A DNA stretch of 63,616 nucleotides, filler included, from Octopus bimaculoides (taxonomy: Eukaryota): the NCBI RefSeq assembly GCF_001194135.2. It is 4 parts of 3 records of this genome, joined end to end, with 100 filler letters (N's around TTAATTAATTAA, not from the genome) between each part and the next. Parts side by side here need not be neighbours in the genome. Positions count along the whole stretch, not along the records: positions 24,593 to 51,297 come from NC_068987.1; 3 more parts are not named here. One strand, written 5' to 3'. The notes beneath the pieces are model-generated. The model was not told the origin of the DNA, did no database searches, and was given only the letters and a program-made list of their open reading frames with translations. Both the position numbers and the translations under genes were made by a program. Each line of letters opens with the position of its first letter. Positions within the stretch are counted from its first letter, which is position 1. Shown piece after piece: positions 35,701-49,009 of the stretch.

Positions 35701-36264
35701 ATTGAAGTTGATTCTCAGGAAATCGACTTTTGTTAAGTTGGTGACATAATTTGTAGTTAAGCTGAATCCCAACACACACGTACGCACGCACGCACGCACA
35801 GAGATGCACAAGTATGTATGTGCATGCATATTCAAATTTTCCGCTTATGCATTTCGTCGAGAAAAATGGACATCTGGTGATTTTTAGAAGGAAAGTACGC
35901 TGTGTTGTATTAGTACCATTCAATATGCACATGTAATTCTCTGACGATCCTCTCGTGAGAATTACAGTGAATCTGCAACTGAATATACGACGCGTTTACT
36001 CATCAACGACCAGCCATTTACAATTAATAGAATCAATAAATGGTGATTTTTTTTAAGTTTAAGGAAACATGCTCCGACGAGAAGAAACTAAGAATTATCG
36101 TTAGTTTTTATATCTTGATTGTATAAGTTATTATTTTCTACTAAAAGCATAAAACCTAAAATCGTTTTATTTATTGGAGCTTGGTGGATGGGTGATGTAA
36201 TCGATTGTACAGACCACGATTCTCAGTTGGTACTTGTTTTATCGACCTGGAAAGAATGAGACAG

Positions 36265-36410
36265 AACTGCTCATTTTTTTGCAGTTGAGTCAATTGGTGC
36301 AACATTAAATAAAATATCTTGGTCAAGGACACAGTGTGCTGGCACGTATCGAACTTAAGACCTTTCGTTCTTGAGCCGAATACCCTAACCGCTTAGCCAC
36401 GTGCCTTCAT
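36265..36410 (-). mobile_element. tRNA-derived SINE family D head
   Basis: Minus strand: GAAGGCACGTGGCTAAGCGGTTAGGGTATTCGG...AGTTCGATAC..TGTGTCCTTGACCAAG..TTGACTCAACTGCAAAAAAATGAG. Confidence 0.75.
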
Positions 36411-36473
36411 ACATACATACATAGACACGCGTATGCATACATACATACGCACGCACATACACACACAGTGACT

Positions 36474-36630
36474 GACATATTTATATACTAACATTTACAC
36501 AAGAAAGGGTTGATAGTGACTTCGAAATTTCGACTTACTGGCCTTCTTCAGACCGATGAAAGCTAGCAAGCCGAAACGTCGAAGTCACCTGCGAATCTTT
36601 TTCTTGTGAAAGTTTATAAATATGTACTCT
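36474..36630. ncRNA. Palindrome of two back-to-back hammerhead motifs
   Basis: Minus arm 36554-36515: GGT-CTGAAGA-A-GGCC-AGTA-AGTC-GAAA-TTTCGAAG-TC-ACT. Plus arm 36553-36589: CCGATGA-A-AGCT-AGCA-AGCC-GAAA-CGTCGAAG-TC-ACC. The flanks are also inverted (CACAAGAAA / TTTCTTGTG). Confidence 0.6.
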
Positions 36631-36767
36631 ATTGAAAAGAACGAAATAAACCTTCAGTTTAAAGCTAGAGATAATTTAACATAAAAAGCAGACGTTAATA
36701 TATACATTTATGTCCATTATAACCTTCGAATAGGGGAGGTCAGCCGCTTCCCCTTACTGGCCTAGCA

Positions 36768-36809
36768 TCTACAGACTAGTCTCAGGGTGTTGCTCCTCAT
36801 CAGTGTAGA
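36768..36809 (-). ncRNA. Decayed minimal type-I hammerhead ribozyme
   Basis: TCTACA-CTGATGA-GGAG-CAACA-CCCT-GAGA-CTAG-TC-TGTAGA. Helix I is 6 bp, helix III region is the palindrome ACTAGT with a GUC site, and GAAA is changed to GAGA. Confidence 0.65.
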
Positions 36810-36833
36810 GCAGCCGAACCCAGCAGGCGTCAT

Positions 36834-36872
<39 letters not shown>

Positions 36873-37005
36873 AAAATTATGAGTTAGGTGTTATGCAACC
36901 ATCTAGGGGATAACTGTATCCGTAAGCACTACTCGTGTATTACCTAACGATGTATATAGTAGCTGGTAATTTAAGAGTAAACCGTGGTTTAATACTCCTA
37001 TCTTA

Positions 37006-37077
<72 letters not shown>

Positions 37078-37141
37078 TGTGTGTGTGTGCTTGTGTGTGT
37101 GTGAGTGTGTGCGTGTCTGCATGTGTATGTATGTATATAAG

Positions 37142-37180
<39 letters not shown>

Positions 37181-38179
37181 GCACACAATCACGCACATGC
37201 TATAAGCTCTACGAAAGCTCCGGTCTTGCAGGACATTGAAAGGCTATGGACATGAACTTCTTTCTCTAGATCAAACTGTAAAAGAAAAAAAAAAAGATAA
37301 GAAAAGAAAAAAAATTATGTCGCTAGTGCTTCTGCTGTTGGAATTACACTGGACATTATGTGAAAAAGGAACAAGAAATAAAAAATGAAAAGATTAAAAT
37401 AACTACTGATAATTGTCTGTATGTCTGCCACTTGAAAAAACTATTGATGAGCAGGTGTTAAAGAATGTTAAACACCTCAAGTGCATGATTTATTCCCCCC
37501 TTGAAGAAACTTGAAGGAAATATGAATTGATCTCTAGAGCAAACCGTGCCAGTCGTACGAACACTTTACAATAGATTAAGTCAGTAGTATTTATGAAAAC
37601 AATATAGAAACGCAGAGTAATATCATTATATTATATATCACGAAGGATGTGATTATTATTATTATTATCATCATAATTATTATTATTATTGTTGTTGCTG
37701 TTGTTGTCTGTTGGGATACGTTGGTAGGATAAATAAGCTACGTTCTCACAATTGAAAATAAGCAATGAGGTACAGTGAAGATTGACCTTGAGTCACCTCG
37801 GTTAGTGAAGCAGCAGAGAAAACGAGAAATTAATAGAGATATACTAATGGGGTGACAATGCTTTATTGAAAGCATCACAATGGAAAGCCGTTTTCAGATT
37901 TGTCTCCTCAAAACCTCAGCCGGGACGGAAAATGATTGTTTAACCTTCTGTGTCTTTATGGCTATTGAAAAGTTTTGCTTTTATTATATTTGACTAATCT
38001 ATAGTAAATATTTACTGTTGAAATACTCATACATTGTATCATATACATACGCCCCTCCTTCACTCTGCGTTAGTCACACACATGCAAATAATAGCAACAA
38101 CAACAATAATAGCAACGACGAAGGGCAGCGTCGTGGTTAATCCTCAGTGAATTGTTGCTTTCTTTAAGTAAATTTACAA

Positions 38180-38283
38180 CGTAAATTTATCGTGTATTAT
38201 GGGGCGTATGTTTGGGTGTGTTCGTGTACGCATGATTGTGTGGGCGTATTTCAATGTGTGTATTATTTAGATGTGCGATCGCA

Positions 38284-38323
<40 letters not shown>

Positions 38324-39102
38324 CGTATTGTGTGCGTATGCACATACACATACACACACGCGCACATACACACACGCGCACATACACGTACTATACACAT
38401 AAACATACGCACATATGTTTGTGTGTTTATACACACACACACACATATATNNNNNNNNNNACTATACACATAAACATACGCACATATGTTTGTGTGTTTA
38501 TACACACACACACACATATATATAGATATATGTTTACATGCAGGCTCACATATATACATATATGTATATACATATACATACATACATACATACATACATA
38601 TATGCATATTTGTACACACAAACACACACACATACACATACACATAAACATACGCACATATGTGTGTGTATTTATATATATATATATGTTTACATGCAGG
38701 CTCACATATATGCATATCTGTATATACATATGTGTACCCACACACAAACACACACACACACATGCACACACTCACACACACACATATATAGCCACACGTG
38801 CACGTGCACACATACATATGTGTGTGCGCGTTAGTGCGTTTGTATGTATGGTTTCTTATTACTATATGTCTCTCTGCGCACTGGTTTGTTGTCTCTATGT
38901 TGTAATACCAATGTATGTGTGTAAATGTTTCTCTATATCCTGTGCTGCGTGTATTGCTGTTTGGGTAATTAATATACGCGAAACATGCGTATGTTATTAA
39001 GTAGTGCCATTGTATTACTACATGTATTCAATACAATACCGTACATCAGAGTTAAACGGAGCGTACATTCAATGAACATTTACATGGTTGTCCATGCATG
39101 CG

Positions 39103-39189
<87 letters not shown>

Positions 39190-39190
39190 T
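38180..39190. repeat. Compound (CA)/(TA)/(CATA) micro/minisatellite
   Basis: Recurrent units such as CACATAAACATACGCACATATG and TGTTTACATGCAGGCTCACATATA. Confidence 0.9.
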
Positions 39191-40136
39191 TGTAAGGTAA
39201 TATCAGCTTATATCTATTTAAAATGTTAGTGTAGGATTGTAAACATGAAGAGGACATTGTCATTGTAAGTATGTAAGCAAATAACCTTTCAACACAGGTG
39301 TACTGCTAAAGTTGACCTTTTTATATTTTTTTATGTACAGGGCGAACATTTCCTAAATCTTAAACGCAAGTAAGTTGTAGTAAACTGCTTTATGTCTGAC
39401 GAGAAACTGTCAATGTGTGTAATTGGACTTAATCAGGTATAAGAACATATAGAAGACGTGCTGTCGTTGTGTATTCATTGGTTGAGGCTGGTGTTGCCTT
39501 CTTGTGTTGATTCAATGTGGTTAACACCAAGTATGTTTAACACCGAGCAGTAACGTTCCTTAGAGATGCAGTGACCCTTCTAGAAAGGTGTAAACGTATA
39601 TGAAGACCCTTTCAGAGTAATTTGTTACTATTTAATAGACGTCTTTCCGCTAAAAGCCGATTTAAGTCTTTCATTCATAATGCAAGCTGGCAGAGGAATT
39701 GTCAGAGAGTTAATTTATCAAAAAAGAAAAGGATAATATAAAATAAAATGACACAAAATAGACGATCTACCTAATGGACAGCCTTATTTAAACATGGCTC
39801 AGAGCTAGCGAAAGGAATAACAATTATAAAACACACAGATAAGTAATGCATCTGTTTAACTTTGACACGTTCATTAAGACTTTTCTGTGAATAGACAGAA
39901 CATGCATTCAACAACATAAACTTTGTCACAGAGACGTATAATCGCTGAAAGTGGTTGGCTAAAGTACAAAAGAGCACTACTTACTACTTAGCATTTTGTA
40001 TGTATGTATGTATGTATGTATGTATGTATTATGTATGTAGATAAATGTATTCATGCACACATGCATACATACATATATATATATATAGATATGTATATAT
40101 ATGTGTGTGTATTTACATATACATGTATTTATACTA

Positions 40137-40228
<92 letters not shown>

Positions 40229-40642
40229 TGATTTTTATTATTTCGTTAATGTTTTGTTCTGTTTATGTCGCCATTAAGTATTTCTATTGGATTAAGCTAT
40301 TCTATTGCTAAATACAAATATGCAGCACATTTTTTATTAGAAACAAAAGTATAGACAATGATTTCGGCACAATAAACTATCAATAACTACAAGGAAATAT
40401 TCATATATCCATTCTGAATTCACCAAAATTTAAGAAACTATTGCAAAGGGCAATATAGTTTGTTGTGATGTTCAAGCTAACTTGCATTAACGATTTAAGG
40501 GACTCAAAATAACTACGAACAGGAAACAAAATCGCAGATTCTGTTCGCCAAATGAGTACATGTGTTTTACCAAACTCGCCTCAAGATTATAATAAATAAA
40601 ATATAATATCGATTACTTCAGTTTCTTTTTCTCACATTTACC

Positions 40643-40905
40643 CATAGGCGCCGCTGTGTAGTAAGAAGTTTGCTTAACAAACGTATGGTTCCGGGTTCAG
40701 TCTCATTGCGTGGCACCTTAGGCAAGTGTCTTCTAATATAGCCTCTATAACTCTGCATATATTGTCCCCGAACTACCGCGTGATAACCGGTGTTGGTTTG
40801 TCTACGTCCCGAAATTTAGCGTTTAGGCAAAAGAATAAGTACTGGAATGGATTTGTTCATATAAACCCTTCAAGGCGGTGTCCCAGAATGGCCGCAGTCC
40901 ATTTA
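40643..40905 (+). mobile_element. SINE family A with internal deletions
   Basis: Contains GGTTCCGGGTTCAGTCTCATTGCGTGGCACCTTAGGCAAGTGTCTTC and the tail AAGGCGGTGTCCCAGAATGGCCGCAGTC. Confidence 0.85.
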
Positions 40906-40992
40906 GTTATATCGAAATCAGACGGTTTCAAGGAAAGAAATGTTAACCTCGGCATGATTTGAAATGAGAAAGTAAAACTATGAAACTGAATA

Positions 40993-41279
40993 CAGTAATC
41001 CCTCGCGATATCGCGGTTGATGTATCGCGGTTGATGTATCGCGGTTGATGTATCGCGGTTAATGTATTGCGGCTGATGTATCGCGGTTCATGTATCGCGG
41101 TTTATTATTTAAGCTTACGTCGATTCCTCTGTGGTGTTCTGCATTGATAATAAAATAAATATATGCAAGTTATAGAAAAAAAAAAAAAGATACAGTACTG
41201 TAATGTTTCTACTTCGCGGATTTTCACTTATCGCGGGAGGTTTTACAACGTAACACCCGCGATAGTCGAGAGATTACTG
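40993..41279. mobile_element. Tigger-like MITE with amplified subterminal 14-mer
   Basis: TA-CAGTAATCCCTCGCGATATCGCGG ... CCGCGATAGTCGAGAGATTACTG; seven tandem copies of TATCGCGGTTGATG at 41009-41106. Confidence 0.85.
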
Positions 41280-41634
41280 TGCTCTAAGGAATTTTTTTTT
41301 CTGGCACTCTATCGCTTCAACTATCCAACTCCACCAAGAAAGCAAATCAAAGCTGTTAAGGTCACAAAATTATCAATGCGATTAAGAAGTTTGCTTCATG
41401 TAGTTTTGGGTCCGCAATTATCTTGGGCATGTTTCTTCTTCATAGGTTGGGACGGTTAGAGAAATGTGAAAGACATTTTTTAAAGTATTGAAATAAAAAT
41501 CAATTTTCTATAAATTTAATACAGTAACTCGTATTACTTTCTAAAGGGAAATATTCCTCACTTTTTGCTTATATTATACAAAATGTGATGATGTGTACTT
41601 TATACCTGTAGTTTATTGTAAAACGTATTCTTTT

Positions 41635-42065
41635 ATTGTTTTATTCATTTAGTTGTTTCAGTCATTCGACTGCAGCCATGAAGAATTATTTTAGCCGAAT
41701 GAATCGACCCCTGAACTTGGTTTTCAAACCTGGCACTATTCTGTTGGTCTTTTTTTTTTTTTACCAAACAGCTAAGATACGAGTACGTAAACAGACCAAA
41801 ACCGGTTGTCAAGCGGTGGTGGAGGACAAATACAGACACAAAGACACACACACATAGATACAGATACACACACACGCACACACACACACTTACATAATAC
41901 ATACATACATACATACTTACGCGACGGGCTTCTTTCAGCTTCTGTGTACCAAAATCATCTCACAAGGCTTTGGTCGGCCCAAGGCGAAACTAAAAGACAC
42001 TTGTCCAAGGTGCCACACAATGAGGAGACGAGGAGACTAAACTTGGAACCATTTAGTTAGGAAGC
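41635..42065 (-). mobile_element. Near-full-length SINE family A
   Basis: Tail, internal (CA)n/(CATA)n tract and head are all present in reverse. Confidence 0.85.
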
Positions 42066-42479
42066 AATCGAAATATTCCTAAAGTAGAATCATTTGTGAT
42101 TCTGATTCAAAAGTAAAAGATTCCGTTCTCGCGAACCTTTCAGAATTATGCCGTAACAGGAACCGTTGGGAACCGTTGTTTTAGATAATACACTCGTACA
42201 CTGGGTACAATAAGGACCTGTGTATATGTAAAGAATCGGTCTGTGAATTTGTGTCGTATATAATAAGATATTGGTAACGAAGATAAAATGAAAGCACTGT
42301 TCCTAGGTTTGAGGCCAACCACATTGAATCTTCTTAACTGAGGTTGATTACTTGATAGAAGTTGGTTAGATGATGTCCAAGTAACTTCCTTTAATTAAAC
42401 ACACGACCACTTTTTATAGGCGATACAAAATACTGTTTGTTGATCAATGCAACGCTAACATATAAATGGTACTTTTCTA

Positions 42480-42930
42480 AAGTGGATCACAGCATACAGA
42501 TATACCGAAATATATTGTGAGACAGTTAGTCTGATGCTTTGTCATTTCTGCCAAGTTTGAAATTAACACAAATGAAATAATGTCGTAGTGTAGTGGCCAA
42601 ATGTCTTTCATATCTTTGTAAGACTTAGTTCTCATCCCTGACTTGTAACACTCGGCAGCGAATCGATTCAATGCATGCTAGAGATCATCTTAAAATGGCA
42701 CAGGAAAGGATCGCAAGACGGATTCCTCAAGCCGAATCAGCCGGCAGGAAATCTAAGACTACATCAAGAACGAAATGGTTGGATAATATCCATATTTTCA
42801 GTTGGTCATGCTTGAGAAATCTGTCGGGAAGTGTAAGGACGGCTGCTTCCGATGGAACCCTATGGATGAAGTTTCTGAAGACTACGACCCTCTTGGGAAT
42901 GGTAGGCATAGAAAAAGGATGGAATAGATG
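42480..42930 (+). mobile_element. Highly decayed RTE-type LINE C-terminal fragment
   Basis: AGRKSKTTSRTKWLDNI and AASDGTLW resemble the RTE-terminal G.R.RGRP...W.D and A.DR..W blocks. Confidence 0.5.
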
Positions 42931-45617
42931 GACATGTTTTATATTACATCCTACTGTCTAATGAAATGGTACGGCAGTTTGTACATTATAATTCTATACT
43001 GGTGGTTCTGATTCATTTTTTTGCATATGGTCGCCTTTGGTTCCAAGTTTACTCAACTGAACTCCCATAACCATTCGATGTTTTAAAACATCTTATTATA
43101 CATTTACTGTTAAATATCATTACGAATTATATAACAAAATTGTTAAAATATTTTGTGCATTCTAGAAGAATAATCAATTAATTGCACATAAATTTAAGAA
43201 CAAAATCTTATATGGATCAATGTTCTAGACGCACAAAATAAAAGAGATGCTCACAGATGGAATGTCTTTAATAACAGGTCTGTTTAAACTGACCAGGGCT
43301 AAACAACAACTGTATTCAATTAATTTAGTAACAGTTTATAGCAGCAAAAAGCAGTTTATTTAATTACTAGTTTCTACTACTTTTGCCTCGATGTTAATCT
43401 TTCGTGGAAAAGCAATAGTACAACTTAAGTTGCAGGCCTCTGTACTTCTAATTGAATGCCCGGCACTTGAGTTGCTACCAACAGAAAGGAACCCAAAATA
43501 TGAAAGTGGGTAGATGAAGTGGGTAAGATATACAATGACATTGAAGGGACAACATCGTGAAAAAAGATTAAAATAGCAATACAGTGTTTGAAAGTAAGAT
43601 AGATAGATAGATATATAGGGATAGATGCTTAGGGATATATNNNNNNNNNNNNNNNNNNNNNNNNNNNNNNNNNNNNNNNNNNNNNNNNNNNNNNNNNNNN
43701 NNNNNNNNNNNNNNNNNNNNNNNNNNNNNNNNNNNNNNNNNNNNAGAGAGAGAGAGAGAGAGAAGAGATTAGAGACAGAGAGAAAAGGATGGGAGAGAAA
43801 GAGAAAACTGAGTAATTTTGAATCCTTATGAGAAAGAGCTCATTTGAATATTAGAGAAATGAAGAAAACGATTAAATAAATAAATAAATAAATTACACAC
43901 ACACACACACTCATACATACACAAGAGGAGTGCTTTGTGTGTTAGCGCGTGCGTGTGTGTGTATGTGTGTTTGTATGTATGTGTAAGAGAGAGCTAGTGA
44001 GAAATATGATACAAAAGTAATTATTTGAAAAAGAGCGGCACAAATGGAAAATATTAGAAGGTAGTGACGAAGTTGCTGGTTATCCTGATTGTTTCTGCTG
44101 TTGTTGAGGTGTTGTGTTGGCAATAGTTTCGGCAAGGGACGTGATGATGATGATGATGATGATGGTGGATATGTTTTCCCTTGTTTGTTTATTTGTTTAT
44201 TTATTGTCAAAGTCAAGTGGCATGACAAACTATCATGCTTGCATCGGGTTAGCTGTTAAGCTGCTACACCAAGACTAACTGGGCCACCAGATATAAATGA
44301 CTGGGGTAAGAAGCCATCCCGCATACGCGCTACCTAACCAATGAAACCGTTTAAGGTTTGCACCTGCTTAAAACACTTGAGAAGTTTTCATCGTATTGTT
44401 TAAGAAAACAAAGATCTGTATGAGCGAAGCAGGAGTTGTTTCCATTTAGTTTGGCCTTCGTTAAGAGGATGTAAGAGGAATTGTCGCTTTGACGTAAACG
44501 CACCTAAGTGGAAGAAGGATGCATACACGTTTTAGCGTTGTTCTCTATTATTAAATAGTTTAGTTTGTTCTTTATTCTACTAATGGTCATCGCATTATCT
44601 TAATATGATATTTGTGGTCTCCTTGCTACACAGTGACCTCTTCAATGTCGCTCACCGGACAGCTACTACTAGTACTTGCAGAAACATTATAAGTGAAAGC
44701 TGAGTGGTGTCGGAGTGGTGCCGAGGACAAGTGTTTATAACAGTAGATGCTGGGTCGGTTCTATTTAACAGCAGATTTAAAAAAAATATTATAATAATAA
44801 TAGGGGAGAAAAAACTATTTATCTCGTGTAAATTTAGACACTTCAGTGACGTATTGTTGCTTGGAGAATTCTGCCATGAAATTCGATTACACATGAAAAA
44901 TTAGAAATTTTCAGCGGAAAGTTATTTCATTTTAAATATTTGATAAGCTTTCTACAATTTCTAAAATCTGAATAAGGAATGCATTTCCTACACCACCGAA
45001 CATCGATGAGACGCTTACGGATATATACTTCATTAGTAGTTATTTTAATATAGGAAATAACAAGAAAATATTAAATATAATTCTATAACTAAAGGCATGG
45101 TTTAAATATGTAAAAATATCAATTATCTTGATCTGTTTCTATTATATATTTATATTTAACTTCATAAATGGCTTCAAATTACTTCGCTAGAAATGTATAA
45201 ACACTTCGTGTCATTGTAATTAAGATTCAGTTGATGATTGCCGAGCTGCACTTTATCATGACAAAAATATCTCATATTGCTAATCAAAGGGTCAAATGTT
45301 CGTATACTAGTGTTGCAGGGCGCAAGTGATTTAGGGAATAGACCCCGGTTTAATAGCACCACCTTGCCTTTGGATAACTTTATCGCAGACTACATCTTGT
45401 AGGCATTCAGGTCAAATCTCTGGTTTGAGGTTAACTTCCTACCTCCCACTAGCCTTTGAGACTAAGTAAAGAGTCGAAGGCATTACCCTTCAGCCTCTGA
45501 TTAAGTCATTAAAAGAAAAGAAAAAATGTTTAAACTACTTAACTCTTATTGATAACATCAATTAGTTTACAAAGAGGTAATATGAGTAAGATGTTTGAAG
45601 CATTAACAAGCATAGAC

Positions 45618-45770
45618 ACAGGCGTGGCCGTGTGGTAAGGTGCTTGCTTCTCAATTACATGGCTCCAGGTTCAGTCCTACTGCGTGGAACGTTGGGGAAG
45701 GGCCTTCTACTATAGCCTCGAGCCGACCGTGAGTGGATTTGGTTGATAGAAACTGAAAGAAGCCTGTCAT
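45618..45770 (+). mobile_element. SINE family A head
   Basis: GGCGTGGCCGTGTGGTAAG..GGTTCAGTCCTACTGCGTGG..GAGTGGATTTGG, followed by (TA)n and a gap. Confidence 0.85.
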
Positions 45771-47699
45771 ATATATATATATATATATATANNNNNNNNN
45801 NNNNNNNNNNNNNNNNNNNNNNNNNNNNNNNNNNNNNNNNNNNNNNNNNNNNNNNNNNNNNNNNNNNNNNNNNNNNNNNNNNNNNNNNNNNNNNNNNNNN
45901 NNNNNNNNNNNNNNNNNNNNNNNNNNNNNNNNNNNNNNNNNNNNNNNNNNNNNNNNNNNNNNNNNNNNNNNNNNNNNNNNNNNNNNNNNNNNNNNNNNNN
46001 NNNNNNNNNNNNNNNNNNNNNNNNGGGGGGGGGGGGTCGATCTATTCGGCTAGCCCCCTCTCCAAAAGTTTCAGGCTGTGTGCCTAAAGTAGAAAAGTAT
46101 ACAAATAAGGGCTGTTGAACATGGAGGTAAGTTCAACTTTAAAAGACTTTCAAGAAAGTTTATTAATAGATTCCAGCACGTCCTTAGATATGAATCCAAG
46201 ACTTCCTTATATGCACCTTTCTGCGAAAATTAACTAACTGATGTTCCTGCTGGTGTCAGTCACATTAATCTCACCAATCTGGAGCCCTGCATAAGTCCTC
46301 AATACTACACCTCTCCTAATTAACTTAAAAACAGAACACGCGTCAAAATTGCAGTGTTGATGTCATATCCAGCATAAATCATACATTGATAATATAGTTA
46401 GGTGGACTGGAATATTAACAGCTAAGTGTCAATGCGATGAATACAGTACCAGGCTTGTGATATGATGCTGATATTTTAGCCACTTGTCCCTAACTCTATC
46501 TACTTATCCATCTGCGTGTATTACTTCTTATATTCAGCTCTGATAGTGTACTAATCAAAAGTACGTCGTCAGACATTATTTTTATAGCCATAACAGCAAA
46601 TAACTTGAGTGAGCTTTAAAATGGCTGCTTGAGCTGAAAAAGTTAAGTGCTAAATATGCTGAAAATCATACTCTAAATCCTTTGATTACATTCGATTACA
46701 TAATTCAAGATAATCCGTGTTCAAAAACAAAAACAGAATGGGTGCAGTTGAAATACTTTTTGGTTATCGGTTTGCTTGAGGTGTTAAGGAAAACAACAAC
46801 CTAATCAATACCACAACCGTCATTAACGATAATTTCAATTATAACATATGTAAAATGTAATCAAAAATATTAATGAGAAGTAGCTTTACTGTTATTATTA
46901 TCTCTGCGACCTACCAGAGAATCGAAACCGAATCTTGAAATCACCTTGTAAGAAATTAATTCGTATTCTATAAAGTTTTTTGTGTGACTTCTATATATAC
47001 AACCAGCTCTCCAAAGTGAATCTACATGTTGGGAAGTCACCAGCCAGAATTAATAAAGAGGTTTATATTTTGCTATAAACAATTGAATTTGCGTTTTCGT
47101 TTTGGGGTTGTCTTAATTGTCATCAATATCTCGACAGTGTTTAGAAAGTCATGAATTGCTTTTCAAGGACCGGTGTCATTAAAAGTTGTTGACAAACCCT
47201 CATGTTTGGAAGAAGCCCAGTTCAATGAATGACTTTTTGTTCATTTCTAAAGCTAGTAAGTATAAAAACAAACAAAAAGACAGCACAAATTAATGAAAGA
47301 AAAATACTTCAGCAAGTATTGGTTGAATACAGATAATATTAGGAGAGTGGAGTTTCATTTTCCCATTCAAAAATTTTGGCTAATTTTATTAGAAACCTTT
47401 AAGAAGGAAGACGAAAATATTCCTATATAATCCCGAAATTAAGAAGCTAACGAATATTCTGCTGGTGGCCTAGCACCTCTCAAAAGTCAAGAGAGTCAAC
47501 AGTGTTTATAAAGGAGCAACAATACAATCAACCCACATAGTTATTTTTTAAAAAGTTGTAAGAAATGACTGGTGGATGGTGCTGGCGAATGTCTATAGAA
47601 ATTCCCTGGCAATACGGTCGGCCGGTCTCTTTGTTCTCCTCTAAATGCGTTTGTATTCATATATAACAATTTCTATTTTCTTCTTTTTCTATTTTTGGT

Positions 47700-47900
47700 T
47701 TGGATTTGTCCCCCACTACTGCTTAGCGATCGGTGTCAGTTTGCTTACGTCTCTGTAATTTAACGGTTCGACAAAAGACGTCGATAGAATAAGCTAAACA
47801 CTAAATTTTAAAATAAGTACTTAGGTCAATTTCATCGACTAAATCCATAAAGGTTTTGCACAGCATGGCTGCTGATTAATGAAAAAGGCAAATAAATTAT
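47700..47900 (+). mobile_element. SINE family A tail half
   Basis: Contains TTTGTCCCCCACTACTGCTT..TACGTCTCTGTAATTTAACGGTTCGACAAAA..GATAGAATAAG. Confidence 0.7.
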
Positions 47901-47994
47901 AAAAGACAAAAGATTTTTGAGGTAGGAATGATTTTTTTCCTCAGTAAATACATTTACAATAGTGTGTAATCGCTTGAAGTGCATGACAACTTTG

Positions 47995-48848
47995 CAATGT
48001 AATATTCTTTCTACTATAGGCACAACACCTGATATTTGTGCGGAGAGGACTGGTCGACCTCAGTGTTTAACTGGTATTTAATTTATCAACCTCGAAAAGA
48101 CGAAAGGCAAAGTTGACCTCGGCGGAATTTGAACTCAGAACGTAGCGACGGGTAAAGTACCGCTAAGCATATTTCTTGGCGTGCTAACGATTCTTATTTC
48201 TTTATTGCCCACAAGGGGCTAAACATAGAGGGGACAAACAAGGACAGACAAAGGGATTAAGTCGATTACATCGACCCCAGTGCGTAACTGGTACTTAATT
48301 TATCGACCCCGAAAGGATGAAAGGCAAAGGTCGACGTCGGCGGAATTTGAACTCAGAACGTAAAGACAGACAAAATAACGATAAGCATTTCGCCAGGCGT
48401 GCTAACGTTTCTGCCAGCTCGCCGCTTTAACTTTGCAATGTAATATACCTTTCTACTCTAGGCACAAAGCCCGAAATTTTGGGGGAGGGGACCAGTCGAT
48501 TACATCGGCCCCAATGTTTAACTGGTACTTAATTTATCGATCCCGAAAGAATGAAAGGCAAAGTCGACGTCGACGGAATTTGATCTCTGAACGTAAAGAC
48601 AAACGAAATACCTATTTCTTTACTGCCCACAAGGGGCTAAACATAGAGAGGACAAACAAGGACATACAAGGGGATTAAGTCGATTACATCGACCCCAGTG
48701 CTTAACTGGTATATAATTTATCGACTCCGAAAGGATGAAAGGTAAAGTCGTCCTCGGCGGAATTTGAACTCAGAACGTAACGGCAGACGAAATACCGCTA
48801 AGCATTTCGCCCGGCATATTAACGTCCCTACCAGCTCGCCACCTTAAC
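47995..48848 (-). mobile_element. Array of four young SINE family B copies (two alternating tail subtypes)
   Basis: The core ACTGGTACTTAATTTATCGACCCCGAAAGGATGAAAGGCAAAG occurs four times. Tails alternate between CTTTCTACT.TAGGCACA and GCCCACAAGGGGCTAAAC. Confidence 0.92.
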
Positions 48849-49009
48849 CTTGTCATGTAATATAGAATCAGAAACTACTCAACTTTTGTGTTTATCTTCG
48901 GTTCATCTAGTTTAATTGGTCAGCAAGGAATAGATCTCATTCAAAACATAACAAAGTTAAATATGACAAAAATCAAAGTAACAGAAAGTGCAGGGATGGA
49001 TATGTATTT

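Noticed and set aside
38380-38520. ~65-bp direct repeat on both sides of a 10-N gap
   Set aside because: Most likely unmerged overlapping contig ends, not a biological duplication.
38192-39000. HT/IY/VC-rich ORFs (also 36900-37250 and 62250-62910)
   Set aside because: Translations of (CA)n/(TA)n/(GT)n microsatellites.
41009-41106. Regular short repeats as a CRISPR-like array (also 49499-49575)
   Set aside because: The units are contiguous with no unique spacers, the context is eukaryotic and there are no cas genes.
46234-46323. FN3-like peptide DVPAGVSHINLTNLEPC
   Set aside because: Only 29 codons between stops, with no usable splice acceptor or donor.
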